The notes under the pieces: generated by a model | Database searches by the model: none | What the model was told of the DNA's origin: nothing | The model's input: only the letters and a program-made list of their open reading frames with translations | Translations under genes and position numbers: made by a program | In this document: piece by piece, positions 1 through 12,000 of the stretch | Position numbering within the stretch: position 1 is the first letter of the stretch | How the letters are laid out: every line of letters begins with the position of its first letter | NCBI GenBank assembly: GCA_964016885.1 | Contig: OZ024742.1 | Span: forward strand, 25,048,001-25,112,000 | Direction of reading: 5' to 3' | Length of the DNA: 64,000 bases | From: Eledone cirrhosa | Taxonomy: Eukaryota

Positions 1-939
1 GGTGCGAACAACGGCTAAAAAAAGTCGTTGGGACACGTAAATAAAGGGGACACGAGAGTGTAAACAAACAAAGATGATGAAGCAACGAAAAGTGAGGAAG
101 AAAGAGTCAACTCCCAAATTTCCATGAATATAAGTTCAGTGAAATCGTGAACGAGAGAGAATAAAGACCATCAAACCTGGTTGGAATGTGAGCAAGGAAA
201 GAATTCCGTACAGGTCTAACAGGAGGAAGAAGGAATCTAGTCTGTGAATTCGGTGAACATAAGTTCTGTGAAATCGTAGACGAGAGAGAGAAAAAAAGCG
301 AACCTGCCTGACCAAGGGTGCTAAAGAAAAGAATTACGCACAGGTCAAACGGGAAGAAGGAGGAGGAGGAGAGGTAGTAACAGAGAGTGAGTGAGTGAAG
401 GGTGAGGAAGAGGCTAACAGAGAGAGTGACTGTTAGAGAGGGTAAAGATACAGAGAAAGAGGAAGCAGTAAGAACGAAATAGACGGGTCACAGCGGTGGA
501 AAAAATATGTGTAAATATGAGAATAAACGTGCTGCTTGGTTGCTAATGGGTTACATATGAATAAAGTTAGTCCTTCATCAGTGATCTTCCAACCATCATT
601 GGTATTTCATCGCTATATATATAGTTGGTTTTACCTGTTGAAAAATGTCTAGCTATTCTTTCCTGAGACATTCTAACCACATGCCCATAGTATTGGAGCT
701 GTGATCTCTCAATTTGGATTTGGAGAAGTAGCGGCTCTACCTTGAGTGACTTGTTCAGGCTTTAGGTAGAAGGGTCTGTTCGAAAACTATATTGCAGTCT
801 CCATTTCATGCCACAAAAACTGGCAATAAACTTGTAATCTATCCTGTGAGGCATGGGATGGGCACATGAAGATTTGTGTATCCTGAGGCCACAAAGTGGG
901 TTTAGAAGGGAGCAAACCATGACAATTAGTGTCCATCAC

Positions 940-1130
940 TTTTCTGATTATCCTGGCAGTGCCAAGTTGTCATGTATTTTGCACAGTCTCTATACCAACA
1001 TCAAATCCAGTATGTTTTAATTTTTATAAAGATATCTGTTATACATCCTAATGCCCCTATAATTATTGGTAACAGTTTTACCTTATTTACTTCACCCTTC
1101 CATACTTTCAAAATTTCAATGTTTCCAAAA
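940..1130 (-). pseudogene. Highly degenerate 3' fragment of an R4/Dong-like RLE retrotransposon
   Basis: Minus strand reads ..PIIIGALG.., matching the endonuclease C-terminus (PIVIGALG) of the copy at 7196-7579. Confidence 0.5.
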
Positions 1131-1155
1131 TATTATTATTATTTTTCTTTTGCAG

Positions 1156-1207
1156 GTTTTATACAATGACTTGCCGAGTTATTATCTGTGTCTTGTAGCC
1201 AGAGAAG
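1156..1207 (+). CDS. Candidate 52-nt internal exon of an unknown host gene (VLYNDLPSYYLCLVARE-G)
   Basis: tttttcttttgcag acceptor, AAG|gtaagt consensus donor, open frame 0; no homology recognised. Confidence 0.45.
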
Positions 1208-1454
1208 GTAAGTGAATATGTAGTTGCTTTTAGCTATTGCATGGGAAGGGGGAAGTGACATGAAAACATATAATTTACAGGTAGAAATGTGTACTTGGTA
1301 CATATAACTAAATGTTGAATATATATATATATATATATATGAAGTATAGAGATATATAAAGTATAATTCAATTTAGGTGAAGAAGGCCCAATTTTCAGGT
1401 ATGTCACATTAACTTACAGGTATTTTCTAATTCATATTTAGTTGAGAGACCTCT

Positions 1455-1620
1455 TCACAGTATATGTGCTCTGATAGTCAATACTACTTTCTGAAATGTC
1501 TGAAGAGATGATTCACTTTGGATATTGCTAAGATATTTCTCACACCACTTTCTTATCATACATAAGACTTCTATAATCAGTGGGACTGTTTTGGTTTGAA
1601 GGTGCCACATTTTTTCGATC
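1455..1620 (-). pseudogene. Degenerate C-terminal fragment of an R4/Dong-like RLE retrotransposon
   Basis: EIEKMWHLQTKTVPLIIEVL..LQTFQKVVLTIRAHIL parallels EVKRIWNCHEVKVVPIVIGALG..LQKACLLGTARTL. Confidence 0.6.
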
Positions 1621-2715
1621 TCTCTCTCTCTCTCACACATATGCACACACACAATCTCTCTCTCACACACACACATTCTCTCACACATACACATACATAC
1701 ACACACACACTTTCTCTCTCTCGCACACTCACACTCACACATAATTTCTTTCTCTCTCTCTCCTTATTTTTTCAAATACTTATACTCATATGTTTGTATC
1801 TGATGGAATTCAATACTCATATCAATTAATTTCAAGGTTTTATCTTTCCCTTTTTTTGCTTATGATATCTTGTCTATTAACTTGAATTGTTTTAAGTGCA
1901 AAATCCCAGAGTATTGTTACATTATCTCTTTCATTTACTGGCTTTGTTGGTGTTTATACCAGTTTAACGGTTGTATTTATTTTGTAATGGTGTTATAGCT
2001 GCCAATGGAGGTATTGACCTATTCTATCATGGCAGTTCTAATACTGATTAGTCATCAAAACTGGACAGATTGGAATACGATGGGCTAAAGTTTTTATGTC
2101 CACTGTGGCAATGAGATGGATCTCAGTCGGTGGTATGTGGAAAAAAGTGAGGCCCAAGAAAACCTGGTGCTTAAATTTCAAAGATTTCCAGAGGATCGAA
2201 CTGGACTGGGAAACTACACAAGATGCCACAGCTGATCGTGTAACTCATTGTCCAATATGCCCCAGTGCAAAAGAAGCCCTAAGAGTAATACTGTTTCATA
2301 ATAAGGGTCAGAAAACCAGCATTTTAGGTCTGCACCATTGTTTAATACATGAGCCTTGTAGTTTCTGACCAGCAAGCTTTGGTATTGTGCTGCCAGTATG
2401 AACCCTTATATTTCTGCTTTTACTCGTGAGCTCCTCAACTGCTAAAGGGTTGTTTTCTTATCTACATCACTATCTTACTTCTGAGAACATACTCTCCAGG
2501 CAGCGACTTTTGCACCCATCAATCTTCTAGTTATTATTTGCTTTCCATTTTCACTACCTTGCTTAATCTGTTCGCCTTTCACAACAGCATATTTTCTTTG
2601 TTGCTCACATATTTCAAGGTACATATTGATGTAAGGAAAAGATTTTCTACATTTATTTTCAATTGAGGGCAGTTTTTTGCTGGTGTCATGCATGTTTTAA
2701 AACCTACTGCATCAT

Positions 2716-2990
2716 CCAGTCATTTTTTGAGTGCTAGTGGTAAGGGTGTTGGGTCATAATGTAGTAGGTTTGATCTTTGGACTGGTTTGTGTGTGTTCTT
2801 CATCAAAACAATTCATTTCATATTGCTCCAGTATACTCAGCTGGAAATGAGTACCAACAATAGCTGGGGATTTAACCCTGAGATGGACTGGCCTCATGTT
2901 GAGGGGGAAGTCATGTACTCTCAATCACATCATGTTACAGAAACCAGGATAAGGACTGTCCTGATGAGCCTTTGGGCTTGAGACAGACTT
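2716..2990 (+). mobile_element. Old CORE-type tRNA-derived SINE
   Basis: Degenerate head and tgtgttcttcatcaaaacaattcatttcatattgctccagtatactcagctg core shared with 6044-6420. Confidence 0.55.
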
Positions 2991-3156
2991 TAGACTTTTT
3001 AGGTATCTAAACATGTTTATTGTTGCTGTTTTATATTTGGTAGTTTCAGTTGTGTCATTCCCCTACATTAATTGTTTCTCTGCACATTCAGACAAACAAC
3101 ATCTGCATTGGAATGGTGCATTTGGTAGCATGTCAGTATGTTTCAGATCTTTCTAT

Positions 3157-3420
3157 TGTCATCACAACCATCACAAATGTCATCATCATCATTACCACTA
3201 CCATTGAAATCACCCCCAACACCAACATCAACACCATCACCACCTTCACCATTATCATCATTACCTCCAATATCATCACCACCTTCACCATCATCATCGG
3301 CACTACCATCATCACCATCACAATCATACATTATCACCACTACCACAACCATGATCACCACCACCATTACCACCATCACCATTGTTATCATTATCATTAC
3401 CACCATAATCACCATTTCCA
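3157..3420. repeat. Degenerate (CAT/CAC)n trinucleotide repeat
   Basis: Direct inspection; source of His/Thr/Ile-rich spurious ORFs. Confidence 0.9.
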
Positions 3421-3739
3421 ACATTAATGGGCCATTGAATCTGTGTGTATCCCATTGTCCAGAATAACATCCATTATCTCCTACCCCCGCGTCCACTCCC
3501 TCCTCACTCCCCAGGTTAATATTCCAATGATGCATGAGTTACAAACAAAGTCTTCCATTTTCTCTGCCAAAATATGAAGATATTGCAAGTGTGAGGTGTC
3601 AACAGTCTACCTAAAGATATAGAGGAGTTTAGAGGGAAAGGTTGCTGATAAACTGTTACTAACAACTTGCACTGCTCAATCAAGTGCAATTAGTGTTAAT
3701 AAATATAATTAATTCCGTCTGGCTTCAGACTTTCTCTCA

Positions 3740-3775
<36 letters not shown>

Positions 3776-4102
3776 ATACATACACATGCAAATAACAAAT
3801 ACACACACATACAACACGTACGCACACATGCACATACAGATAACACATACACACACATACAACACGTACACACACATACACATACAGATAACACTTACAC
3901 ACACATACAACACATACGCACACATACACATAGAGATAACACTTACACACACTAATAACAAGACTGTGTATAATGAATTAATTAATTTAGAAAACGAGGC
4001 TGAACAAGGAAAATCTTATATAATTAGAAGATGTCTGCTTATCTATAAATTATATATAATCTAATGTGTGTGCACGTATATGTATGTGTAATTATATATG
4101 TA

Positions 4103-4216
<114 letters not shown>

Positions 4217-4296
4217 ATAGCTAACCCATACAAGTATGGGAAATGAATGTTAAACAGTGATGATTGTGATTTTATATATATATATATATATATATA

Positions 4297-4549
4297 TCAT
4301 CATCATCATCATCACTGTTTTACGTCCATTCTTCCACGCTAGCATGGGTTAGACGTGTTGTCCTGTTGTGGGCAGTGTCCAGTCGGCTGACCTTATCTTG
4401 CTCATATGGGAACTGATTCTGGCTTGATTTCTACAGCTGAGTAAACTGTAGCAATGTGAAATAAAGTGTCTTGCTCAAGGAAATAACACATCACCCCGTC
4501 CGAGAATTGAACTCAAGCCCTATGCTCTAACCACTAAGCCATGCGCTTT

Positions 4550-4550
<1 letters not shown>
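4297..4550 (-). mobile_element. Internally deleted CORE-type SINE with RTE-like tail, inside (TA)n
   Basis: (CAT)n tail next to (TA)n, cttgctcaagg core, ctaaccactaagccatgcg head. Confidence 0.7.
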
Positions 4551-4583
<33 letters not shown>

Positions 4584-4929
4584 CATGGTTATAATTATTA
4601 TTAGATAATATATAAAATGATGGCAGATCTCCAGTTTTGCCGCAGCCCACTAAGTGGTACCAGTAAAAGAATAGACACACTACTATTTAGATTTGGCTAC
4701 ATTTTTATTGTATATATATGGAGAGAGCAAAATGAGGGGCTCATCCTACTGACATGGCTTAAAAGAGGCTTGTTTGCATAATTGCAAACGAATCGAACAT
4801 TATTATTAATAGTAAAAAAACTAAGATTACATATATATATCATCATCATCATCATCATCGTTTAATGTCTATCTTCCACACTAGCATGGGTTTAGACGGG
4901 TGCTAGCATGGGTTATATATATATATATA

Positions 4930-5530
4930 CTAGCATTAAAGCGCGGCGTTGCTCGGGGTCATTTAGTTACCAAAGTTAGGTTGTACCACCCATTTTATGG
5001 CAGCACTTTTTTGTCTGCCAGGCACTGGGTGAATGAATTGCAGACCTGGAAGCATGAGCTGTGCCAGCAGTGACAATTGTAGTTTCGCCTATGGATATTA
5101 TCTCTGTGCAAAAAAGTGTTGAAATTTATTGTTTCACAGTACTTGCGCAACACGCACGTAGACGGTGCCAGCCGAACAACAGAGCTGCGATGGAGTTGTT
5201 CTGCATGGTTGTCTGTGTGTTTTCTAAATTTAAGACAGTAGGGAGGGTTGTGACATGAGGGAGAGTTAGCTGTTGTTTCTAGCAGGTTTAGTGACCTCAT
5301 AGAGGATATGTGTTTTCTAAATTTAAAACAGTAGGGAGTGGTGTGATATGGGGGAGAGTTAGCTGCTGTTTGTAGCAGGTTTAGTGACCTCATAGAAGAT
5401 ATGTTTTCTAAATTTAAGACAGTAGCGAGGGGTGTGATATGGGGGAGAGTTAGCTGATGTTTCTAGCAGGTTTAGTAACCTCATAGAGGATATGTGTTTT
5501 CTAAATTTAAGACAGTAGGGAGTGGTGTGA
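4930..5530 (-). mobile_element. Non-autonomous Helitron-like element, 3' part, with about 3.4 internal 91-93-bp tandem repeats (5218-5530)
   Basis: Minus strand ends CCCGAGCAACGCCGCG..CTAG|T, the same terminus as 21196; 5' end not located. Confidence 0.6.
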
Positions 5531-6043
5531 ACGGACAGTATCACCATCAAGCTTGGAAAGAAAAAGTAGCAGAAGTATGAAGTTGTATAGATTTTGAATG
5601 GTAATAGAAAGAGTTCAGCAGTTTAAATGAGAGAGAAAATGTCCAACTTCTGTCAGCATAGAAAACAGATGTTAAGTGATATTGATGATGATGATGCTTC
5701 CTACATTATATGTAGAGATAGGTGTGTGTATTTGTGTACGTATGCGTGTATTTGTGTATGTATGTATGTGTATATGTGTGTATGTATGTGTGTGTATATG
5801 TGTGTATATTTGTGTATGTATGTGTGTATTTGTGTATGTATGTATGTGTATATGTGTGTATGTATGTGTGTGTATATTTGTGTATGTATGTGTATGTATA
5901 TTTGTGTATGTACGTATGCGTGTATTTGTGTATGTATGTATGTGTATATGTGTGTATGTATGTGTGTGTATATGTGTGTATGTATGTGTATGTGTGTGTA
6001 TATGTGTGTATTTGTGGTAGAAGTCTAATATCAATTATATGTA

Positions 6044-6420
6044 GGCACATGGCTTAGTGGTTAGAGCAGTGGCCTTGCAATCGAAAGGTTGTGAGTTCAA
6101 TTCTCAGACCGGGTGATGTGTTGTTTCCTTGAGCAAGACACTTTATTTCACATTTCTCCAGTTTACTCAGCTGTAGAAATGAGATGATAGGGACTGGGGT
6201 CCATATCATACCACTGCAAAGTGGTCGTGGAGGTGCCACGGCAAAAACGCACCCAGCCCACACTGTAAAGTGGATGTGTATGTGCCACGGAAAAAAAGCA
6301 CCCAGCTTGATGAGGTTGGTGTTAGGAAGGGCATCCAGCTGTAGAAATGAAGCCAGAATCAGTTCCCATCCCACCCTTGCAAGCAGGGAAAAGTGGACGT
6401 AAAATGATGATGATGATGAT
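6044..6420 (+). mobile_element. CORE-type tRNA-derived SINE with RTE-derived 3' tail and (GAT)n end
   Basis: A box TGGCTTAGTGG, B-box-like GAGTTCAATTC, CCTTGAGCAAGACACTT core, 3' half matches RTE 3' UTR 16220-16488. Confidence 0.85.
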
Positions 6421-6425
6421 GCTGA

Positions 6426-6460
<35 letters not shown>

Positions 6461-6683
6461 GGTGTGCAAAAGAGAGAAGAATGGAGGGAAGCTACAGTCA
6501 AGGTAGACTAAGGTAGACCAGAGGTGGTGAGATTCACGGCAAATATGATGAAGGAATGCAATGAGTGAGACATGATGTTCTGAAAAGGATCCATCGAACC
6601 CTTGTAAACATGGAAAAATGGACATAAAAAAGAAACGTTTATGATGTATATATAGATGTATGTATTATATATATAATAATAAT

Positions 6684-6899
6684 GATTTCTAGTACAGGCA
6701 CAAGGCCAGTAATTTGGAGGAAGGGGAAATTCAATTAAATCAACCCCAGTGCATTACTGGTGCTTTATTTTATCGACCCTGTAAGGATGAAAGGCAAAGC
6801 TAACGTCGGTGAAGTTTGAACTCAGAACGTAAAGGACCGTAACTCTGTGCAGCAAACAGTTTTGTCCGATGGTCTACTGATACTGCCAATCTACTGCCC
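6684..6899 (-). mobile_element. tRNA-derived SINE with Nin/Deu-like central domain
   Basis: GCCTTTCATCCTTAC(A/G)GGGTCGATAAAATAAAG core, GAGTTCAAA B box, (ATT) tail. Confidence 0.8.
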
Positions 6900-7024
6900 T
6901 CATATATAACAATAATAATATTAATAATAATAATAATAATAATAATTAAAATCACATCTGAACAGTAGGAATGCCATAAGTGCAGTAAATTCCAGAGCTG
7001 TGTCTATTATTAGGTACAGTGCGG

Positions 7025-7220
7025 TGAATTGCGGTGAATTGGCAGTATCGGTAGAGGGTTGGACGCCATGCTTTCTAGCATAGTTACGTCTCTTTACGGT
7101 CTGAGTTCAAATCCCGCTGAGGTTAACTTTGCTTTTCATCCTTACGGGGTCAATAAAATAAAGTACCAGTAATACACTGGGTAATTGCTGGCATTGTGCC
7201 AAAAGTAGAAACAATTATTA
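7025..7220 (+). mobile_element. Nin/Deu-like SINE nested in the Dong-type fragment
   Basis: Full head-to-tail match to family. Confidence 0.85.
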
Positions 7221-7633
7221 GGAACACAATAGACCTGGAAAAACTGGAACTGGAACACAATAGACCTGACCTGGTGGTTTTGGACAAGGAAAAAAGATTG
7301 TGCCTGATTGTGGATGTAGCCTGCCCATTCGACACAAGAGTGCAAGAGAAAGAGAGGGAGAAAATTAACCGATACCAGGACTTAAAGTGGGAGGTAAAAA
7401 GGATTTGGAACTGCCATGAAGTCAAAGTGGTCCCGATTGTCATAGGCGCACTAGGTACTATCTCAAAGAGTTTCCAAGGATGGTTAAAGAAAATTGGTCC
7501 CGCCCCGCTTTTTGGAACACTTCAAAAGGCATGCTTGCTGGGAACAGCAAGAACCCTCTGGTACGTCCTGAATATCTGAGGTTGCAGGTAGTGGCTTGAT
7601 ATTAATTTCAACAAACTTTCCAGTTAAATAACT

Positions 7634-7815
7634 GTTTCTACTTTTGGCACAAGGCCAGCAATTACCCAGTGCATTACTGGTACTTTATTTTATCGACCCC
7701 GTAAGGATGAAAGGCAAAGTCAACCTCGGCGGGATTTGAACTCAGATCGTAAAGGGACGTAACTATGCTGGAAAGCATGGCGTCCGACCCTCTACCGATA
7801 CTGCCAATCCACCGC
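7634..7815 (-). mobile_element. Nin/Deu-like SINE with 14-bp TSD
   Basis: ccagttaaataact at 7620-7633 and 7816-7829. Confidence 0.9.
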
Positions 7816-8021
7816 CCAGTTAAATAACTTTCCAGTTAAATAACATCAATGACTGAGACTCAAAGAACGATAATAATAATAATAATTGTTTCTACTTTAG
7901 GCAAAAGGCCAGCAATTACCCAGTGCATTACTGGTACTTTATTTTATCGACCCCGTAAGGATGAAAGGCAAAGTCAACCTCGGCGGGATTTGAACTCAGA
8001 TCGTAAAGGGATCTGAGTTCA

Positions 8022-8068
<47 letters not shown>

Positions 8069-9032
8069 GGGTTTAGATCGATATTATTTAGATAATAAGT
8101 GATTTTGATCTTGTTGTTTACAATTTGCTCAACAAATTCATTTGGAGCATATGCAGAGTAGTGAGTGTAATACAAGCCTCCCAGCCAGTGGCCTAAAGCT
8201 ATGAAAACAATGTAATTATTGTATGACGGATTGACATGTGAAAAATGTTAAAGTACTCACAATTTCATAAATTGAAAGTCAGTATCTTCCTAATTAAGCA
8301 CACAAAAAAATTCTCCAGACTACAAAAATTCACATCTAAACTAATACAGTACTGTCTTAAATTCTGTAGAGAATCCGCTGGTGATGAATTAATAATAAAT
8401 CCATAAGCAACAACTTCCAGATGAAGTAATTATCATCAGCCAGCAATCCAAAGAAGGATTTCCGAAAATTGAGCTTACTACTAAATTTTCAGGTTGGTGC
8501 TGTTATCCCACATGTAGCATTAACTTGAGTGACTACTAGCAATTTTATAGCAGCATGACAGGACCAGTTTATCTGGTTAAATTGGCGGGACAATTCTAAA
8601 CACAGAAGCACTTGGAAAGTCTAACCTCTCAATTGATCAAATCAAATTATCGGAATGTACAGGGTGTAGTAGCTAAGGTGTGGTGATGGAGATTGCAGTG
8701 GTGGCGAGGATAGCTGTTGGGGAGTGCTAGTGGATGGGGGGGGGCATGGATAGGCCAGGTCATATAGTATTTTATGATGTTGACGGGTCTTCATCTTCAC
8801 AGCATATGTTCTTCCTGACACTCAAAGAATTCCTGAACCACAACAGACTTTCTACTAGGAACCGCTGGTTCCAATCATTAATGAATCCAGTTAATGTTAT
8901 AGGAGCTAGTCTGCTCCTACATCTTCTTTTTTCCATACAGTGTTCACTTTCCGGACATTTGTACATTATTCTATGTACTATACATGCACCTTTGATGAGT
9001 TATAGTTCACCTGAGCACTGTACACAATTTTC

Positions 9033-12000
9033 ATTATTATTATTATTCTTTGAGTCTCAGTCATTGATGTTAGTTAACTGGAAAGTTTGTTGAAATGAAT
9101 ATCAAGCCACTACCTGCAGCCTCAGATATTCAGGACGTATCGGAGAGTTCTTGCTGTTCCCAGCAAGCATGCCTTTTGAAGTGTTCCAAAAAGCGGGGCG
9201 GGGCCAATTTTCTTTAACCATCCCTGGAAACATTTTGAGATAGTCCCTAGTGCGCCTATGACAAATCCTTTTTACCTGGCAGTTCCAAATCCTTTTTACC
9301 TCCCACTTTAAGTCCTGGTATCGGTTAATTTTCTCCCTCTCCTTCTCTTGCACTCTCGTGTCGAATGGGCAGGCCACATCCACAATCAGGCACGATCTTT
9401 TTTCCTTGTCCAAAACCACCAGGTCAGGTCTATTGTGTTCCAGTTTCTTATCCGTCTGTATCCTAAAATCCCATAGCACCTTCATCTGATCGTTTTCTAT
9501 CACCGACTCTGGCTTATGCTCATACCACTTCTCAGAATGTGGTAAATTGTTTACTTTGCCTAGGTGCCAGTGGATCACCCTGCCCATCACATCATGTCTC
9601 CACCTTTTATAGTGAGTCTGGGCTAGGTGTTTACACTCGGATACAATGTGAGCCACAGTCTCCTCTCTCTCTCCACAGATCCTGCACAGTGAGCTAGCCT
9701 CCTCCTTGTAAATATGGTGTTTCAGCCACTTCGTTTTGAGTGCCTGCTCTTGCGCAGCCATTAGCATTCCTTCTGTAGCCTTTTTAAGGTCTCCTCTTCT
9801 CAACCAGTTCCATGTCTGTGGATCTCTGAATTCCGTGTTCTCAAAGAAGGTACTATGAAGGGATTTTTCATGAAGGTTGCTCTTTCTCCTCGTTGTTATT
9901 TCCTCCTTGGACATCCCCTGGTCTATTGTCCTCTCCTTCAGTACAATTCTGAACATTGGCTCCTTACTATCGGTCACGTATTTGTGTAGGTTGTTTTTCT
10001 CCATCTGAACACAGTCCTCTATGCTGATAAGATCTCTTCCACCTTCAGATCTCCTTAAGTAGAGTCTATCGACATCACTCCTCTTGTGGAACATGTTGTA
10101 GATAGTCAATAGCTTCCTAGTCTTCCTATCCATTTCTTTTTGTTCAGCAACATTCCATCTCAGAATTCCCGCACCGTACCTAATAATAGACACAGCTCGG
10201 GAATTTACTGCACTTATGGCATTCCTACTATTCAGATGTGACTTTAATACGCTCGTTACTCTCCGAATGTATTCAGATCTTATCAGTTCCTTCATTTTTT
10301 TGTTCTTGATGTCATCAGCCTCCAGAATACCCAAATACTTGTATCCTTCTTCAGTGTCAATTTCCTTTATCATCTCACCTGTTGGTACCTGGATTCCGTT
10401 GCTTCTGCTCAATTTACCCTTCTTCATCACAAGGACTCTACACTTACTAATACCAAATTGCATACATATATCATTGCTGAAAATACGGACAGTGTCAACA
10501 AGCACATCCAACTCCTTCTCACTCTCCCCGAAGAGCTTAAGATCGTCCATGAAGAGGAGGTGATTGATGGTAAGCTCTCCCTTTCCCAACTTGTATCCTG
10601 CTCTCACTTTTCGCAGTATAATGGTCAGGGGCATCAGGGCAAGGACAAACAAGAGAGGGGACAGACTATCTCCCTGGAAGATACCTCTCTTGATCTTCAC
10701 GCCTCCCAAGGATTCTCCAGCTGATGTTAACTCTGTTTTCCAGGACTTCATACTTTTGCTCAACAACTGTCTGATGTTATCTGCCACCTTGAAGATCTCT
10801 AGGCTTTTGGTGATCCAAGAATGAGGCACCATGTCAAATGCCTTTTTGTAGTCTATCCATCCCATGGCAAGACCAGTGTGTCTCCTCTTGCAATTCCTCA
10901 TTACCATATTATCAATAAGTAACTGGTCCTTTGTACCACGGGACTTCTTTCGGCATCCTTTCTGTTCGTCCGGTAACAAGTTGTTTGTGTGGAGCTGATG
11001 GTAGATTTCCTCAGACACAATGCTTGTCAACAGTTTCCACATTACGGACAGACGTGTGATAGGTCTATAGTTGGTAACATCATTACCCTTGATTCGGTCT
11101 TTCATTACCAGAACTGTGGTACCTTTTGTCCACCACTCTGGTACCTCACCTGACATCAAGCAGTCATTGAACATGGCTGTCAGTTTCGGGTGGAGGGATG
11201 TTACACTTTTAATCCAATACCCCTGCACACCATCTGGGCCTGGTGATTTCCAGTTGGTTAGTTTTTTGGCCTGCCCCTTGAGAGTTTCAACTGTGATACT
11301 CAAATCAGTTTGTTGGTGTGCCTGTTCACTAATCTCCTTTTGTACTGTCTCAATCCACACTGCCTTGTCATTATGTTTAACATCCTGCTCCCATATTCCC
11401 CTCCAGAATGTCTTAGTTTGTTCCGCCTCAGGGATCAAGTTGTTGCCTCTTTCTTTCCCTTCAAGCTGTCCAAACAGCATCTTCTGGTTGTTGTCAAACA
11501 TGCGGTTCTGTCTATACTGACAGACTCTGCTCTCGTATCGCCTAATTTTTGCACTCTTAGCTACAATGCGTTTCTTCAGTTCCTCTATGATAATATTTAG
11601 CTTTTTCCTCCTAGTTTTGTACTTTATTTCCAGTCTATTTTTAGTGTCTATGTTTTTTAGTGTCCCATTCAGTAGGGACTCAAGCTTTCCAATGTCATTT
11701 CTCATTTCCCTGATTTGACCATTCAGTCGTTTCTTCCACCAAGGTTCTGATCTTTCTTGTTTGTTGTTTCCTCTCGCTTTTATGCCAAGAAATTTCCGCA
11801 CCGCATTCGCTGTTGCTTTGAGGATATTGTTGCACTGGTGAAGGCTCCTCGCCTCAAGGTATGGGATGACTTTGTTTACCTTAGCTGTTGTTTCTTTTAA
11901 CTTTTTCCTGTCTACAAATCTTAGGTTCATAGGTTTCCCACTATCATTGTTCAAGTCATCTACCACTAAGTTTAGGATATCAACCAAATCTTGTCCTAGC

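Larger units (their letters stand above)
6947..7886 (+). mobile_element. Truncated, internally deleted copy of the R4/Dong-type element with two nested SINEs
   Basis: 6947-7024 encodes KSHLNSRNAISAVNSRAVSIIRY; about 7250-7579 encodes EHNRPDLVV..DVACPFD..EKINRY..PIVIGALG..; 3' UTR and (TAA)n tail match the 9033 end. Confidence 0.9.

Noticed and set aside
2000-2720. Possible ancient retroelement coding relic on the minus strand
   Set aside because: Only a faint AHVLN motif; too degenerate to call
2955-3000. CTGATGA-gcc tttg ggc hammerhead-like start
   Set aside because: No GAAA or stem III; lies in a SINE tail
6044-6115. tRNA-like A/B boxes
   Set aside because: SINE heads rather than tRNA genes; no complete cloverleaf
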